DNA of 64,000 bases. It comes from Macrostomum lignano. Its lineage: Eukaryota. Each line of letters opens with the position of its first letter. The stretch's first letter is position 1. The stretch spans positions 310,001 through 374,000 of the forward strand of contig NIVC01000414.1 in the NCBI GenBank assembly GCA_002269645.1, given 5' to 3'. A model generated the notes under the pieces. That model had not been told where the DNA came from. It saw only the letters and a program-made list of their open reading frames with translations, and made no database searches. Positions 12,578 to 23,815 of this stretch are shown here, piece after piece. A program made the translations under genes and the position numbers.

Positions 12578-12829
12578 CTGGGGTGAGTGGAATGGGGTGT
12601 GTGCTTTTGAGAAGTTGGCATGCGTCGATCGACTGAACATCCGACGTCGACGTTGGATATTTCTAGGAAAAAAAACTTTATTTCTAGGAAAGAGTTTATT
12701 GGGATCGGGTGTTTTTGACGAAGAGTGAATTGGGGTTCATTGTTTTTAGGAATGCGTACTTTGTGACTGTGTTTCTAGGAAATTTCAAATTGTGGTTGGG
12801 TTTTTCTAGGAAACAGTGTACATTGTGAT

Positions 12830-15285
12830 TAAGTTTTCTAGGAAAGAGTGTGTTTTGGGCTGATTGCTTTTAGAAAAGTGTGCATTTCGGTGGAGTTTTT
12901 CTAGGAAAGAGTGTACATTGAGGTTGGGTGTTTATAGGAAAGAGTGTACATTGAGGTTGGGTTTTTCTAGGAAAGAGTGTACACTGCGGTTGTTTTTCTA
13001 GGAGAGTTTATTGGGGTCGGGTGTTTCTAGGAAAGAGTGTACATTGAGATTGGGTGTTTCTAGGAGAGTCTACATTGAGATTGGGTGTTTCTAGGAGAGT
13101 GTACATTGAGGTTGGCTGTTTCTAGAAAGAGTGTACATTGAGATTGAGTGTTTCTAGGAAAGAGTGTACATTGAGGTTGGGTGTTTCTAGGAAAGAGTGT
13201 ACATTGAGATTGATTGTTTCTAGGAAAGAGTGTACAAAGAGATTGGGTTTTCTAGGAAAGAGTGTACATTGAGATTGAGTGTTTCTAGGAAAGAGTGTAC
13301 ATTGAGGTTGGGTGTTTCTAGGAAAGAGTGTACATTGAGATTGATTGTTTCTAGGAAAGAGTGTACAAAGAGATTGGGTTTTCTAGGAAAGAGTGTACAT
13401 TGAGATTGAGTGTTTCTAGGAAAGAGTGTACATTGAGGTTGGGTGTTTCTAGGAAAGAGTGTACAAAGAGATTGGGTTTTCTAGGAAAGAGTGTACATTG
13501 AGATTGAGTGTTTCTAGGAAAGAGTGTACATTGAGGTTGGGTGTTTCTAGGAAAGAGTGTACATAGAGATTGGGTTTTTCTAGGAAAGAGTGTACAAAGA
13601 GATTGGGTTTTCTAGGAAAGAGTGTACATTGAGATTGATTGTTTCTAGGAAAGAGTGTACATTGAGGTTGGGTGTTTCTAGGAAAGAGTGTACATTGAGA
13701 TTGGGTGTTTCTAGGAGAGTGTACATTGAGGTTGGCTGTTTCTAGAAAGAGTGTACATTGAGATTGAGTGTTTCTAGGAAAGAGTGTACATTGAGGTTGG
13801 GTGTTTCTAGGAAAGAGTGTACATTGAGATTGATTGTTTCTAGGAAAGAGTGTACAAAGAGATTGGGTTTTCTAGGAAAGAGTGTACATTGAGATTGAGT
13901 GTTTCTAGGAAAGAGTGTACATTGAGGTTGGGTGTTTCTAGGAAAGAGTGTACATTGAGATTGATTGTTTCTAGGAAAGAGTGTACAAAGAGATTGGGTT
14001 TTCTAGGAAAGAGTGTACATTGAGATTGAGTGTTTCTAGGAAAGAGTGTACATTGAGGTTGGGTGTTTCTAGGAAAGAGTGTACATAGAGATTGGGTTTT
14101 TCTAGGAAAGAGTGTACAAAGAGATTGGGTTTTCTAGGAAAGAGTGTACATTGAGATTGATTGTTTCTAGGAAAGAGTGTACATTGAGGTTGGGTGTTTC
14201 TAGGAAAGAGTGTACATTGAGGTTGGGTGTTTCTAGGAAAGAGTGTACATTGAGGTTGGGTGTTTCTAGGAAAGAGTGTACATTGAGATTGGGTGTTTCT
14301 AGGAAAGAGTGTACATTGAGATTGATTGTTTCTAGGAAAGAGTGTACAAAGAGATTGGGTTTTCTAGGAAAGAGTGTACATTGAGATTGAGTGTTTCTAG
14401 GAAAGAGTGTACATTGAGGTTGGGTGTTTCTAGGAAAGAGTGTACATAGAGATTGGGTTTTTCTAGGAAAGAGTGTACATTGAGGTTGGGTTTTTCTAGG
14501 AAAGAGTGTACATTGAGGTTGGGTTTTTCTAGGAAAGAGTGTACATTGAGGTTGGGTTTTTCTAGGAAAGAGTGTACATTGAGGTTGGGTTTTTCTAGGA
14601 AAGAGTGTACATTGAGGTTGGGTTTTTCTAGGAAAGAGTGTACATTGAGGTTGGGTTTTTCTAGGAAAGAGTGTACATTGAGGTTGGGTGTTTATAGGAA
14701 AGAGTGTACACTGTGCTTGAGTTATTCTAGGAAAGAGTGTACACTGTGCTTGAGTTATTCTAGGAAAGAGTGTACACTGCGGTTGTTTTCTAGGAGAGTG
14801 TATTGGGGCCGGGTGTTTCTAGGAAAGACTGTGAAATGTGGTTGAGTTCTAGGAAAGAGTGTAGTACATCAATGTCGGGTGTTTCTAACAATAAGTGTGC
14901 AGTGGGGTTGACTTTTTTATATGAATGTATATATCGTTTCTGGAGTGTTTCTAGGAAAGTGTGTTTGGAGTTGGGTGTTTCTAGAAAAAAGTTTAGGGCT
15001 GGGGATTTCTAGGAAAGAGTTTCATTGTGATTAAATATTTTTAGGAAAGACTGTACATTGAGATTGGGTGTTTCTAGGAAAGAGTGTACATAGAGATTGG
15101 GTGTTTCTAGGAAAGAGTGTACATAGAGATTGGGTGTTTCTAGGAAAGAGTGTACATAGAGATTGGGTGTTTCTAGGAAAGAGTGTACATAGAGATTGGG
15201 TGTTTCTAGGAAAGAGTGTACACAGAGATTGGGTGTTCTAGGAAAGAGTTTCATTGTGATTAAATATTTCTAGGAAAGAGTGAAG
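12830..15285. repeat. 33-bp minisatellite (tttctaggaaagagtgtacattgaggttgggtg) in IPPK intron 7, with degenerate edges
   Basis: Visible periodicity; source of the SRKECTLRLG ORFs. Confidence 0.95.
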
Positions 15286-15435
15286 ATTAGAGCTAAATGT
15301 CTCTAGAAAACGCTGAACATTAGAACTGAGCAATTTTTGGGAGAGGCCTGCGGGTTTTCAACAAATACAGCACACCTTCGATGGCTGTTCCCAACAAACA
15401 GTAAAACTGATAGAAAAGTCACAAATCCTGCCTAC

Positions 15436-15508
15436 CTTGAAGACTCGCAAATTGTTTTGCGGAGTCTGGATCAGCGACATCAGAGCGGATACCATGCGAC
15501 TTTTAATG
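15436..15508 (-). CDS. IPPK: IPPK exon 7 (IKSRMVSALMSLIQTPQNNLRVFK)
   Basis: tttttcag acceptor and gtagg donor; IPK1 motif QNNLxxFK. Confidence 0.92.
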
Positions 15509-15601
15509 CTGAAAAAAACAATAACACAAACGTGCTTAATATTACGATGCCTGAAATAAAATGAGATCAAGAATTTCAAATGGCAAATTAAGAAAACTCA
15601 C

Positions 15602-15660
15602 CCTGAGAACAGGTCGCATGGACAGTATTGACTTCGGGTCTCGTATTGGCGACCCTTTTT
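15602..15660 (-). CDS. IPPK: IPPK exon 6 (KKGRQYETRSQYCPCDLFSG)
   Basis: ctag acceptor and gtgagt donor; IPK1 motif YCPxDLFSG. Confidence 0.92.
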
Positions 15661-15759
15661 CTAGAGTAAAGGAGAATTCAAAGAAACCAAAGTTAAAAAC
15701 ACTCGTTTAGACCCGATATTAATCACAGTGGCGGTTACAAAACAAGACCCTCAACTAAC

Positions 15760-15849
15760 CAGATGAAACTGCATCAAACAGAAGCGACACCAGGTTCTGC
15801 GGACTTTCTCCTGCACCAAAGTTGACACGGGTATGAAGCCTTGCTTTAC
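15760..15849 (-). CDS. IPPK: IPPK exon 5 (VKQGFIPVSTLVQEKVRRTWCRFCLMQFHL)
   Basis: cacag acceptor and gttagt donor; completes the E-x-K-x-K-x-GF motif; carries the CRxC Zn motif. Confidence 0.92.
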
Positions 15850-15999
15850 CTGTGAAAGCAATTTTGACAATATTTATAAATCTTTCAGAAGCAATTCGTG
15901 TATTGAACTACGAGCGAGCGGAAACTGACCAGGGACTTCCTTGAAGTTGTCTGGATTGGAAACGAGATATATATATAATGCCATAAAATCTAGACTTCC

Positions 16000-16350
16000 A
16001 CATCCAGTAGAGCTCTTAGAAGGCCTTGACTTTTCCCAAAATTAATCCAGTCCAGGAAGAGCTCTAGGAGTCCATGACATTTTCAAAATTAGCGTTCAGT
16101 CTAGGAGAACTCTAGAATTAAAGTCAAAGTCCTCGGCTTTTCGCAGGCTACAGTCCAGTCAAAAGAAAGCTTAAGAAATCCATGACTTTTCCTAAACTAG
16201 CGTCCAGTCCAGGGACAGCTTTAGGAGTCCTTGGCTTTTCCTAAACTAGCGTCCAATCCAGGGAGAGCTCTAGGAGTCCTTGGCTTTTCCTAAACTAGCG
16301 TCCAGTCCAGGGAGAGCTCTAGGAGTCCTTGGCTTTTCCTAAACTAGCGT
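16000..16350. repeat. Degenerate 49-bp tandem repeat (cgtccagtccagggagagctctaggagtccttggcttttcctaaactag)
   Basis: Units start at 16201, 16250 and 16299; older diverged copies lie upstream. Confidence 0.8.
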
Positions 16351-16819
16351 CCACTCAAGGAAAGCTCAAACAGCCAATGTTCGAAGTGTGATCGAAAGAG
16401 AAATCTACTTCTATAAAAATGTCATATTTTCAGTTTAATGATTTAACGTAAAAAGTTGATATCATAAAAAACAGATATTTCAACTTATTTCATATTCCAT
16501 TTATTAGTAATTCCAGATTTTACTATTAAAAATTATAATCCTAAGTATAAGTTTCTAAAAATAAATTGCCTTGAATTTTATGCCCCCCACATTGAGCGAG
16601 AGGTGGACAGCTGCACTGACTGACTCATCGTGAGACAAGGCAAGGCTGAGGTGGTGGGTCACAGGAACAATAAAGAGAGGAGAGAGAGATGGGCTAAGGA
16701 AACCTCGAGACTCAAACGAGCACATTGGCACAATAATAGTAGGTAGACAAATTTTTTGAAAGCTATAAATAAACTGACTGGACAAAAGCATTGCACACAC
16801 ACAGACCAGCAGAGCAAGA

Positions 16820-17989
16820 ATGATGCAGCTACAGAAGCTTCTCAACATGGCACTACTGCTAGCAGTTTTGCTAGCAGACAGAGCACACAGCTCAGATGAT
16901 GCAGGACAGCCAGCACCGGAGTCAGACTCTCCAGACTCCGAGGATTTCACTCCGGAGCAGCTAGCCAAGGCCCGGTCAAATTTGGACAAACTTTTCGACG
17001 AGAAACTCGACGCAAATCGAGATGGGAAGGTGAGCCGTCAGGAGCTGATAGCATGGCTGGCTGAAGCCAACAGACAGCAGGCTGCTAGAGAGCTGGATGA
17101 AACCTGGCAAGCCTACAACCTGACCACTGATGGAGCAGACAGCTTCCTGGACTGGGACAGTCACGCTGCTCGCCGAGCTGCAAGCGTGGACACTGGAACC
17201 GCTTCCGGCTCGGAAGAGGAAAAGGCAAAAGCCAAGCAACAGCAGCAGGCGGAGTTCCAAGCCGAGGTGAAACGAGCTATTGATGAGGCTAGCAAGGAGA
17301 CTGGGATTGACAAAGCCGGCATCAATGTTGGCGTGCCGCAGATGCCACCTCCTGAGACACCGGAGCCGACAAAGTCAACAAGAACGGAAGCTGACGGAGG
17401 CGGCAGCGAGGCGGAGCATCAGCATCGGCTGGCGGTGGAACTCGGCCGCGATCGTCGACGCTGGGAAGCCGCCGACGAGGACGGCGACGGTCGGTTGAAT
17501 CGGCGCGAATTTGCGGCGTTCGCCCTGGCCGAGGGGGCCGCTGAAGGCGCCGCAGCGGCCTCGCCCGCAATGCGCCGGGTGCTGGCGCTGGAGGCCATGG
17601 AGCGGCTGGACTCGGACGGCGATGGCCGAGTGACCCTGGCCGAGTTCCTGGCCGGAGCACCGGCCGCAACCGATCCCAAAGCGCCGGACGAGGATGCCAA
17701 GAATTTCAAGGACGTCTGGGACGTGAACAAGGACGGCTATATGGACGCGGAGGAGATGGAGAAGATGCTGGATTATGTGGACTCGGCTGGACCGGCTCAC
17801 AGCAAGGAGGCTGAGGCTGAAGCTGAGGCGGCCGAGTTGGCCGATGAAGCTGACAGGCTGATGAAGACGGTCGATTCAAACCTGGACGGCGGTCTGAGCA
17901 AAGACGAGGTGCTGGCGAGCCTGACGGACTTCGCCGGCTCTGCTGCTACGGACTACGGCAGCTCGATTGGCATCCATGATGAGCTGTGA
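16820..17989 (+). CDS. CALU: Intronless CREC-family (calumenin/reticulocalbin-like) ER EF-hand Ca2+-binding protein, 389 aa, nested in IPPK intron 4
   Basis: N-terminal signal peptide; EF-hands DANRDGKVSRQE, DEDGDGRLNRRE, DSDGDGRVTLAE, DVNKDGYMDAEE, DSNLDGGLSKDE; CREC motif FxGSxATDYG; C-terminal HDEL; AATAAA at 18265 and 18274. Confidence 0.93.
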   Translation: MMQLQKLLNMALLLAVLLADRAHSSDDAGQPAPESDSPDSEDFTPEQLAKARSNLDKLFDEKLDANRDGKVSRQELIAWLAEANRQQAARELDETWQAYNLTTDGADSFLDWDSHAARRAASVDTGTASGSEEEKAKAKQQQQAEFQAEVKRAIDEASKETGIDKAGINVGVPQMPPPETPEPTKSTRTEADGGGSEAEHQHRLAVELGRDRRRWEAADEDGDGRLNRREFAAFALAEGAAEGAAAASPAMRRVLALEAMERLDSDGDGRVTLAEFLAGAPAATDPKAPDEDAKNFKDVWDVNKDGYMDAEEMEKMLDYVDSAGPAHSKEAEAEAEAAELADEADRLMKTVDSNLDGGLSKDEVLASLTDFAGSAATDYGSSIGIHDEL

Positions 17990-18003
17990 CGCCTTACAGC
18001 TGA

Positions 18004-18238
18004 CTGAGTAGGACTCAATATGCTGAGTAGGACTCAATATGCTGAGTAGGACTCAAGATGCTGAGTAGGACTGAAGATGCTGAGTAGTTCTGAAGATGCT
18101 GAGTAGGACTGAAGATGCTGAGTAGGACTGAAGATGCTGAGTAGGACTGAAGAAGCTGAGTAGGACTCAATATGCTGAGTAGGACTCAAGATGCTGAGTA
18201 GGACTCAAGATGCTGAGTAGGACTCAAGATGCTGAGTG
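18004..18238. repeat. 19-bp minisatellite (ctgagtaggactcaagatg) in the predicted 3' UTR of the calumenin-like gene
   Basis: Visible periodicity between the stop (17989) and AATAAA (18265). Confidence 0.9.
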
Positions 18239-18395
18239 GAACTCCTGATGTCAACAAGTGCTCGAATAAATACAATAAATAAGTCATTAACAATTTTCGA
18301 TGAGTCTAATGTAACAGTTCCTATTTTCGTATTTTATTTTTTCACTTCTTTTGTCCCCTAAAGGAAACTGGAAAAGTACAAATTCACTAACTCAC

Positions 18396-18593
18396 CTTGA
18401 GTTCTATGCACAGAGACGGCCGACCTTCGAGCACGAACTTGTCAAGTTCGATAGGCAGGAAAGCCACATCCGATGTGATGATGGCCTCGTGATAATGCAC
18501 ATCGATGTCCTTTACCAGCCGGTTTTGGGGACGGAAGGGGCGCATCAGGGTGTTGATCTGGGTCAAGTACTCAGTGTCCGCGTGCAGCACTTC
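18396..18593 (-). CDS. IPPK: IPPK exon 4 (EVLHADTEYL...RPQNRLVKDID...RPSLCIELK)
   Basis: ctaac branch point, caacag acceptor, gtgagt donor; IPK1 motifs RP..R..K.ID and LCxExK. Confidence 0.93.
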
Positions 18594-18632
18594 CTGTTGG
18601 TGTTAGGGATTAGCCTGCTGTGTGATTGGGAT

Positions 18633-21600
18633 GACTGACTGCACTCTAAGCTACAAAGACCGGTTCTGTGGTGACTGACTGCACTCTAAGCTACAAAGAC
18701 CGGTTCTGTGGTGACTGACTGCACTCTAAGCTACAAAGACCGGTTCTGTGATGACTGACTGCTCTCTAAGCTACAAAGACCGGTTCTGTGGTGACTGACT
18801 GCACTCTAAGCTACAAAGACCGGTGCTGTGATGACTGACTGCACTCTAAGCTACAAAGACCGGTTCTGTGATGACTGACTGCACTCTAAGCTACAAAGAC
18901 CGGTTCTGTGATGACTGACTGCACTCTAAGCTACAAAGACCGGTTCTGTGGTGACTGACTGCACTCTAAGCTACAAAGACCGGTTCTGTGATGACTGACT
19001 GCACTCTAAGCTATAAAGACCGGTTCTGTGATGACTGACTGCTCTCTAAGCTACAAAGACCGGTTCTGTGATGACTGACTGCACTCTAAGCTACAAAGAC
19101 CGGTACTGTGGTGACTGACTGCACTCTAAGCTACAAAGACCGGTTCTGTGATGACTGACTGCACTCTAAGCTACAAAGACCGGTTCTGTGGTGACTGACT
19201 GCACTCTAAGCTACAAAGACCGGTTCTGTGATGACTGACTGCACTCTAAGCTATAAAGACCGGTTCTGTGATGACTGACTGCACTCTAAGCTATAAAGAC
19301 CGGTTCTGTGATGACTGACTGCACTGCACTCTAAGCTACAAAGACCGGTTCTGTGGTGACTGACTGCTCTCTAGGCTACAAAGACCGGTTCTGTGGTGAC
19401 TGACTGCACTCTAAGCTACAAAGACCGGTTCTGTGATGACTGACTGCACTCTAAGCTATAAAGACCGGTTCTGTGATGACTGACTGCACTCTAAGCTACA
19501 AAGACTGCACTCTAAGCTACAAAGACTGCACTCTAAGTTACAAAGACTGCACTCTAAGCTACAAAGACCGGTTTTGTGATGACTGACTGCACTCTAAGCT
19601 ACAAAGACTGCACTCTAAGCTACAAAGACCGGTTTGTGATGACTGACTGCACTCTAATCTACAAAGACTGCACTCTAAGCTACAAAGACCGGTTCTGTGG
19701 TGACTCACTGCACTCTAAGCTACAAAGACCGGTTCTGTGGTGACTCACTGCACTCTAAGCTACAAAGACCGTTTCTGTGATGACTGACTGCACTCTAAGC
19801 TATAAAGACCGGTTCTGTGGTGACTCACTGCACTCTAAGCTACAAAGACCGGTTCTGTGATGACTGACTGCACTCTAAGCTACAAAGACCGGTTCTGTGA
19901 TGACTGACTGCACTCTAAGCTACAAAGACTGCACTCTAAGCTACAAAGACCGGTTCTGTGATGACTGACTGCACTCTAAGCTACAAAGACCGGTTTTGTG
20001 ATGACTGACTGCACTCTAAGCTACAAAGACTGCACTCTAAGCTACAAAGACTGCACTCTAAGCTACAAAGACCGGTTTGTGATGACTGACTGCACTCTAA
20101 TCTACAAAGACTGCACTCTATGCTACAAAGACCGGTTCTGTGGTGACTGACTGCACTCTAAGCTACAAAGACCGGTTCTGTGGTGACTCACTGCACTCTA
20201 AGCTACAAAGACCGGTTCTGTGATGACTGACTGCACTCTAAGCTATAAAGACCGGTTCTGTGGTGACTGACTGCACTCTAAGCTACAAAGACCGGTTCTG
20301 TGGTGACTGACTGCACTCTAAGCTACAAAGACCGGTTCTGTGATGACTGACTGCACTCTAAGCTATAAAGACCGGTTCTGTGATGACTGACTGCTCTCTA
20401 AGCTACAAAGACCGGTGCTGTGATGACTGACTGCACTCTAAGCTACAAAGACCGGTTCTGTGATGACTGACTGCACTCTAAGCTACAAAGACCGGTTCTG
20501 TGATGACTGACTGCTCTCTAAGCTACAAAGACCGGTGCTGTGATGACTGACTGCACTCTAAGCTACAAAGACCGGTTCTGTGGTGACTGACTGCACTCTA
20601 AGCTACAAAGACCGGTTCTGTGATGACTGACTGCTCTCTAAGCTACAAAGACCGGTTCTGTGGTGACTGACTGCACTCTAAGCTACAAAGACCGGTTCTG
20701 TGATGACTGACTGCACTCTAAGCTACAAAGACCGGTTCTGTGATGACTGACTGCTCTCTAAGCTACAAAGACCGGTTCTGTGGTGACTGACTGCACTCTA
20801 AGCTACAAAGACCGGTTCTGTGATGACTGACTGCACTCTAAGCTATAAAGACCGGTTCTGTGATGACTGACTGCACTCTAAGCTACAAAGACCGGTACTG
20901 TGGTGACTGACTGCACTCTAAGCTACAAAGACCGGTTCTGTGATGACTGACTGCACTCTAAGCTACAAAGACCGGTTCTGTGGTGACTGACTGCACTCTA
21001 AGCTACAAAGACCGGTTCTGTGATGACTGACTGCACTCTAAGCTATAAAGACCGGTTCTGTGATGACTGACTGCACTCTAAGCTATAAAGACCGGTTCTG
21101 TGATGACTGACTGCACTGCACTCTAAGCTACAAAGACCGGTTCTGTGGTGACTGACTGCTCTCTAGGCTACAAAGACCGGTTCTGTGGTGACTGACTGCA
21201 CTCTAAGCTACAAAGACCGGTTCTGTGATGACTGACTGCACTCTAAGCTATAAAGACCGGTTCTGTGATGACTGACTGCACTCTAAGCTACAAAGACTGC
21301 ACTCTAAGCTACAAAGACTGCACTCTAAGTTACAAAGACTGCACTCTAAGCTACAAAGACCGGTTTTGTGATGACTGACTGCACTCTAAGCTACAAAGAC
21401 TGCACTCTAAGCTACAAAGACCGGTTCTGTGGTGACTCACTGCACTCTAAGCTACAAAGACCGGTTCTGTGGTGACTCACTGCACTCTAAGCTACAAAGA
21501 CCGTTTCTGTGATGACTGACTGCACTCTAAGCTATAAAGACCGGTTCTGTGGTGACTCACTGCACTCTAAGCTACAAAGACCGGTTCTGTGATGACTGAC

Positions 21601-22550
21601 TGCACTCTAAGCTACAAAGACCGGTTCTGTGATGACTGACTGCACTCTAAGCTCCAAAGACTGCACTCTAAGCTACAAAGACCGGTTCTGTGATGACTGA
21701 CTGCACTCTAAGCTACAAAGACCGGTTTTGTGATGACTGACTGCACTCTAAGCTACAAAGACTGCACTCTAAGCTACAAAGACTGCACTCTAAGCTACAA
21801 AGACCGGTTTGTGATGACTGACTGCACTCTAATCTACAAAGACTGCACTCTAAGCTACAAAGACCGGTTCTGTGGTGACTGACTGCACTCTAAGCTACAA
21901 AGACCGGTTCTGTGGTGACTCACTGCACTCTAAGCTACAAAGACCGGTTCTGTGGTGACTCACTGCACTCTAAGCTACAAAGACCGGTTCTGTGATGACT
22001 GACTGCACTCTAAGCTATAAAGACCGGTTCTGTGGTGACTGACTGCACTCTAAGCTACAAAGACCGGTTCTGTGGTGACTGACTGCACTCTAAGCTACAA
22101 AGACCGGTTCTGTGATGACTGACTGCACTCTAAGCTATAAAGACCGGTTCTGTGATGACTGACTGCTCTCTAAGCTACAAAGACCGGTGCTGTGATGACT
22201 GACTGCACTCTAAGCTACAAAGACCGGTTCTGTGATGACTGACTGCACTCTAAGCTACAAAGACCGGTTCTGTGATGACTGACTGCTCTCTAAGCTACAA
22301 AGACCGGTGCTGTGATGACTGACTGCACTCTAAGCTACAAAGACCGGTTCTGTGGTGACTGACTGCACTCTAAGCTACAAAGACCGGTGCTGTGATGACT
22401 GACTGCACTCTAAGCTACAAAGACCGGTTCTGTGGTGACTGACTGCACTCTAAGCTACAAAGACCGGTTCTGTGGTGACTGACTGCATTCTAAGCTACAA
22501 AGACTGCACTCTAAGCTACAAAGACTGCACTCTAAGCTACAAAGACTGCA
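18633..22550. repeat. 40-bp minisatellite (gactgactgcactctaagctacaaagaccggttctgtgat) with 21-bp short units, filling IPPK intron 3
   Basis: Visible periodicity over about 3.9 kb. Confidence 0.97.
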
Positions 22551-22571
22551 ACAGCTGTCAGTGGCACTCAC

Positions 22572-22865
22572 AATAGGCGGTATAAACCGAACTCCAAGCA
22601 AATGCTTCATCACAGTCTCAATGTACAAATAGGTCAAATTCAATGATTTAGGCGGTTTCTTCAATTTGCGTGTCTGCAGCTTCTTGATGCTGATGAGGCG
22701 CGAGTGGTAGCACCTGCAGCAGTGAGGAGCCGCTATGGGACAGTCGCAGCTGCCAGACTGGAGTGAAGGGGCTGCAGCATCAGCCGGCTCAACTGCTGAG
22801 ATGGTCGAGTTTGAGCAGTCTGTCGACTCGCAGACTCCCAAGTGGCAGGAGTGGCACAGTTTCGT
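22572..22865 (-). CDS. IPPK: IPPK exon 3 (Cys/His-rich insert followed by LTYLYIETVMKHLLGVRFIPPI)
   Basis: ttccag acceptor and gtgagt donor; 294 nt, phase 0-0; VMKxxLG resembles the IPK1 N-lobe helix. Confidence 0.85.
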
Positions 22866-23179
22866 CTGGAATGTTAAACAAGTAATAAAATATGTTACTA
22901 TGGAAACTAGAAATGCAGGTTAATACTAAATATGAATTTAAAAGATAAAAATTGACTACACGAGGTTTAGGATTTTATATTATAGGGCAAGATTTTCTTG
23001 GCAATCGATGGTAAGAAATATAAAAGTATCAACATTCTGCATCAATCAATATGGACAGAATGGCATGCCTGTTTCTGGTGGCCGAAAGACCGGATTAAGT
23101 TCTGTTGACCTTTATTACTTACTTGCGAGTGGTTCACGTCAAATTATCATTATTATCCATCTCAATATACTCGAATATT

Positions 23180-23815
23180 TACCCTACTCATATCTATCTC
23201 ACCCTACTCATATCTATCTCACCCTACTCATATCTATCTCACCCTACTCATATCTATCTCAACCTACTCATATCTATCTCAACCTAAAGATATCTATCTC
23301 ACCCTACTCATATCTATCTCACTCTACTTATATCTATGTTACACTACTCATATCTATCTCACCCTACTCATATCTATCTCACCCTACTCATATCTATCTC
23401 AACCTACTCATATCTATCTCACCCTACTCATATCTATCTGAACCTACTCATATCTGTCTCAACCTACTCATATCGATCTCACCCTACTCATATCTATCTC
23501 ACCCTACTTATATCTATCTCAACCTACTCATATCTATCTCACCCTACTCATATCTATCTGAACCTACTCATATCTGTCTCAACCTACTCATATCGATCTC
23601 ACCCTACTCATGTCTATCTCACCCTGCTCAAATCTATCTCACCTGACTTATACCTATCTCACCCTGCTCATATATATCTAAACCTACTCATATATATCTT
23701 ACCTATCTATCTCACCCTACTCATAACAATCTAGCTAACCCTACTCATATCTATCTCACCCTACTCATATCTATCTTACCCTACTCATATCTATCTCACC
23801 CTATCCATATCTATC
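23180..23815. repeat. 20-bp minisatellite (accctactcatatctatctc)
   Basis: Visible periodicity. Confidence 0.92.

Noticed and set aside
17280-17800. Overlapping antisense and alternative-frame ORFs within the calumenin-like gene; likewise 61265-62910 within the orphan ORF
   Set aside because: Expected shadows of GC-rich coding sequence.
7862-22550. CRISPR-like appearance of the 23-, 33- and 40-bp repeats
   Set aside because: No unique spacers, no cas genes, eukaryotic intronic context.
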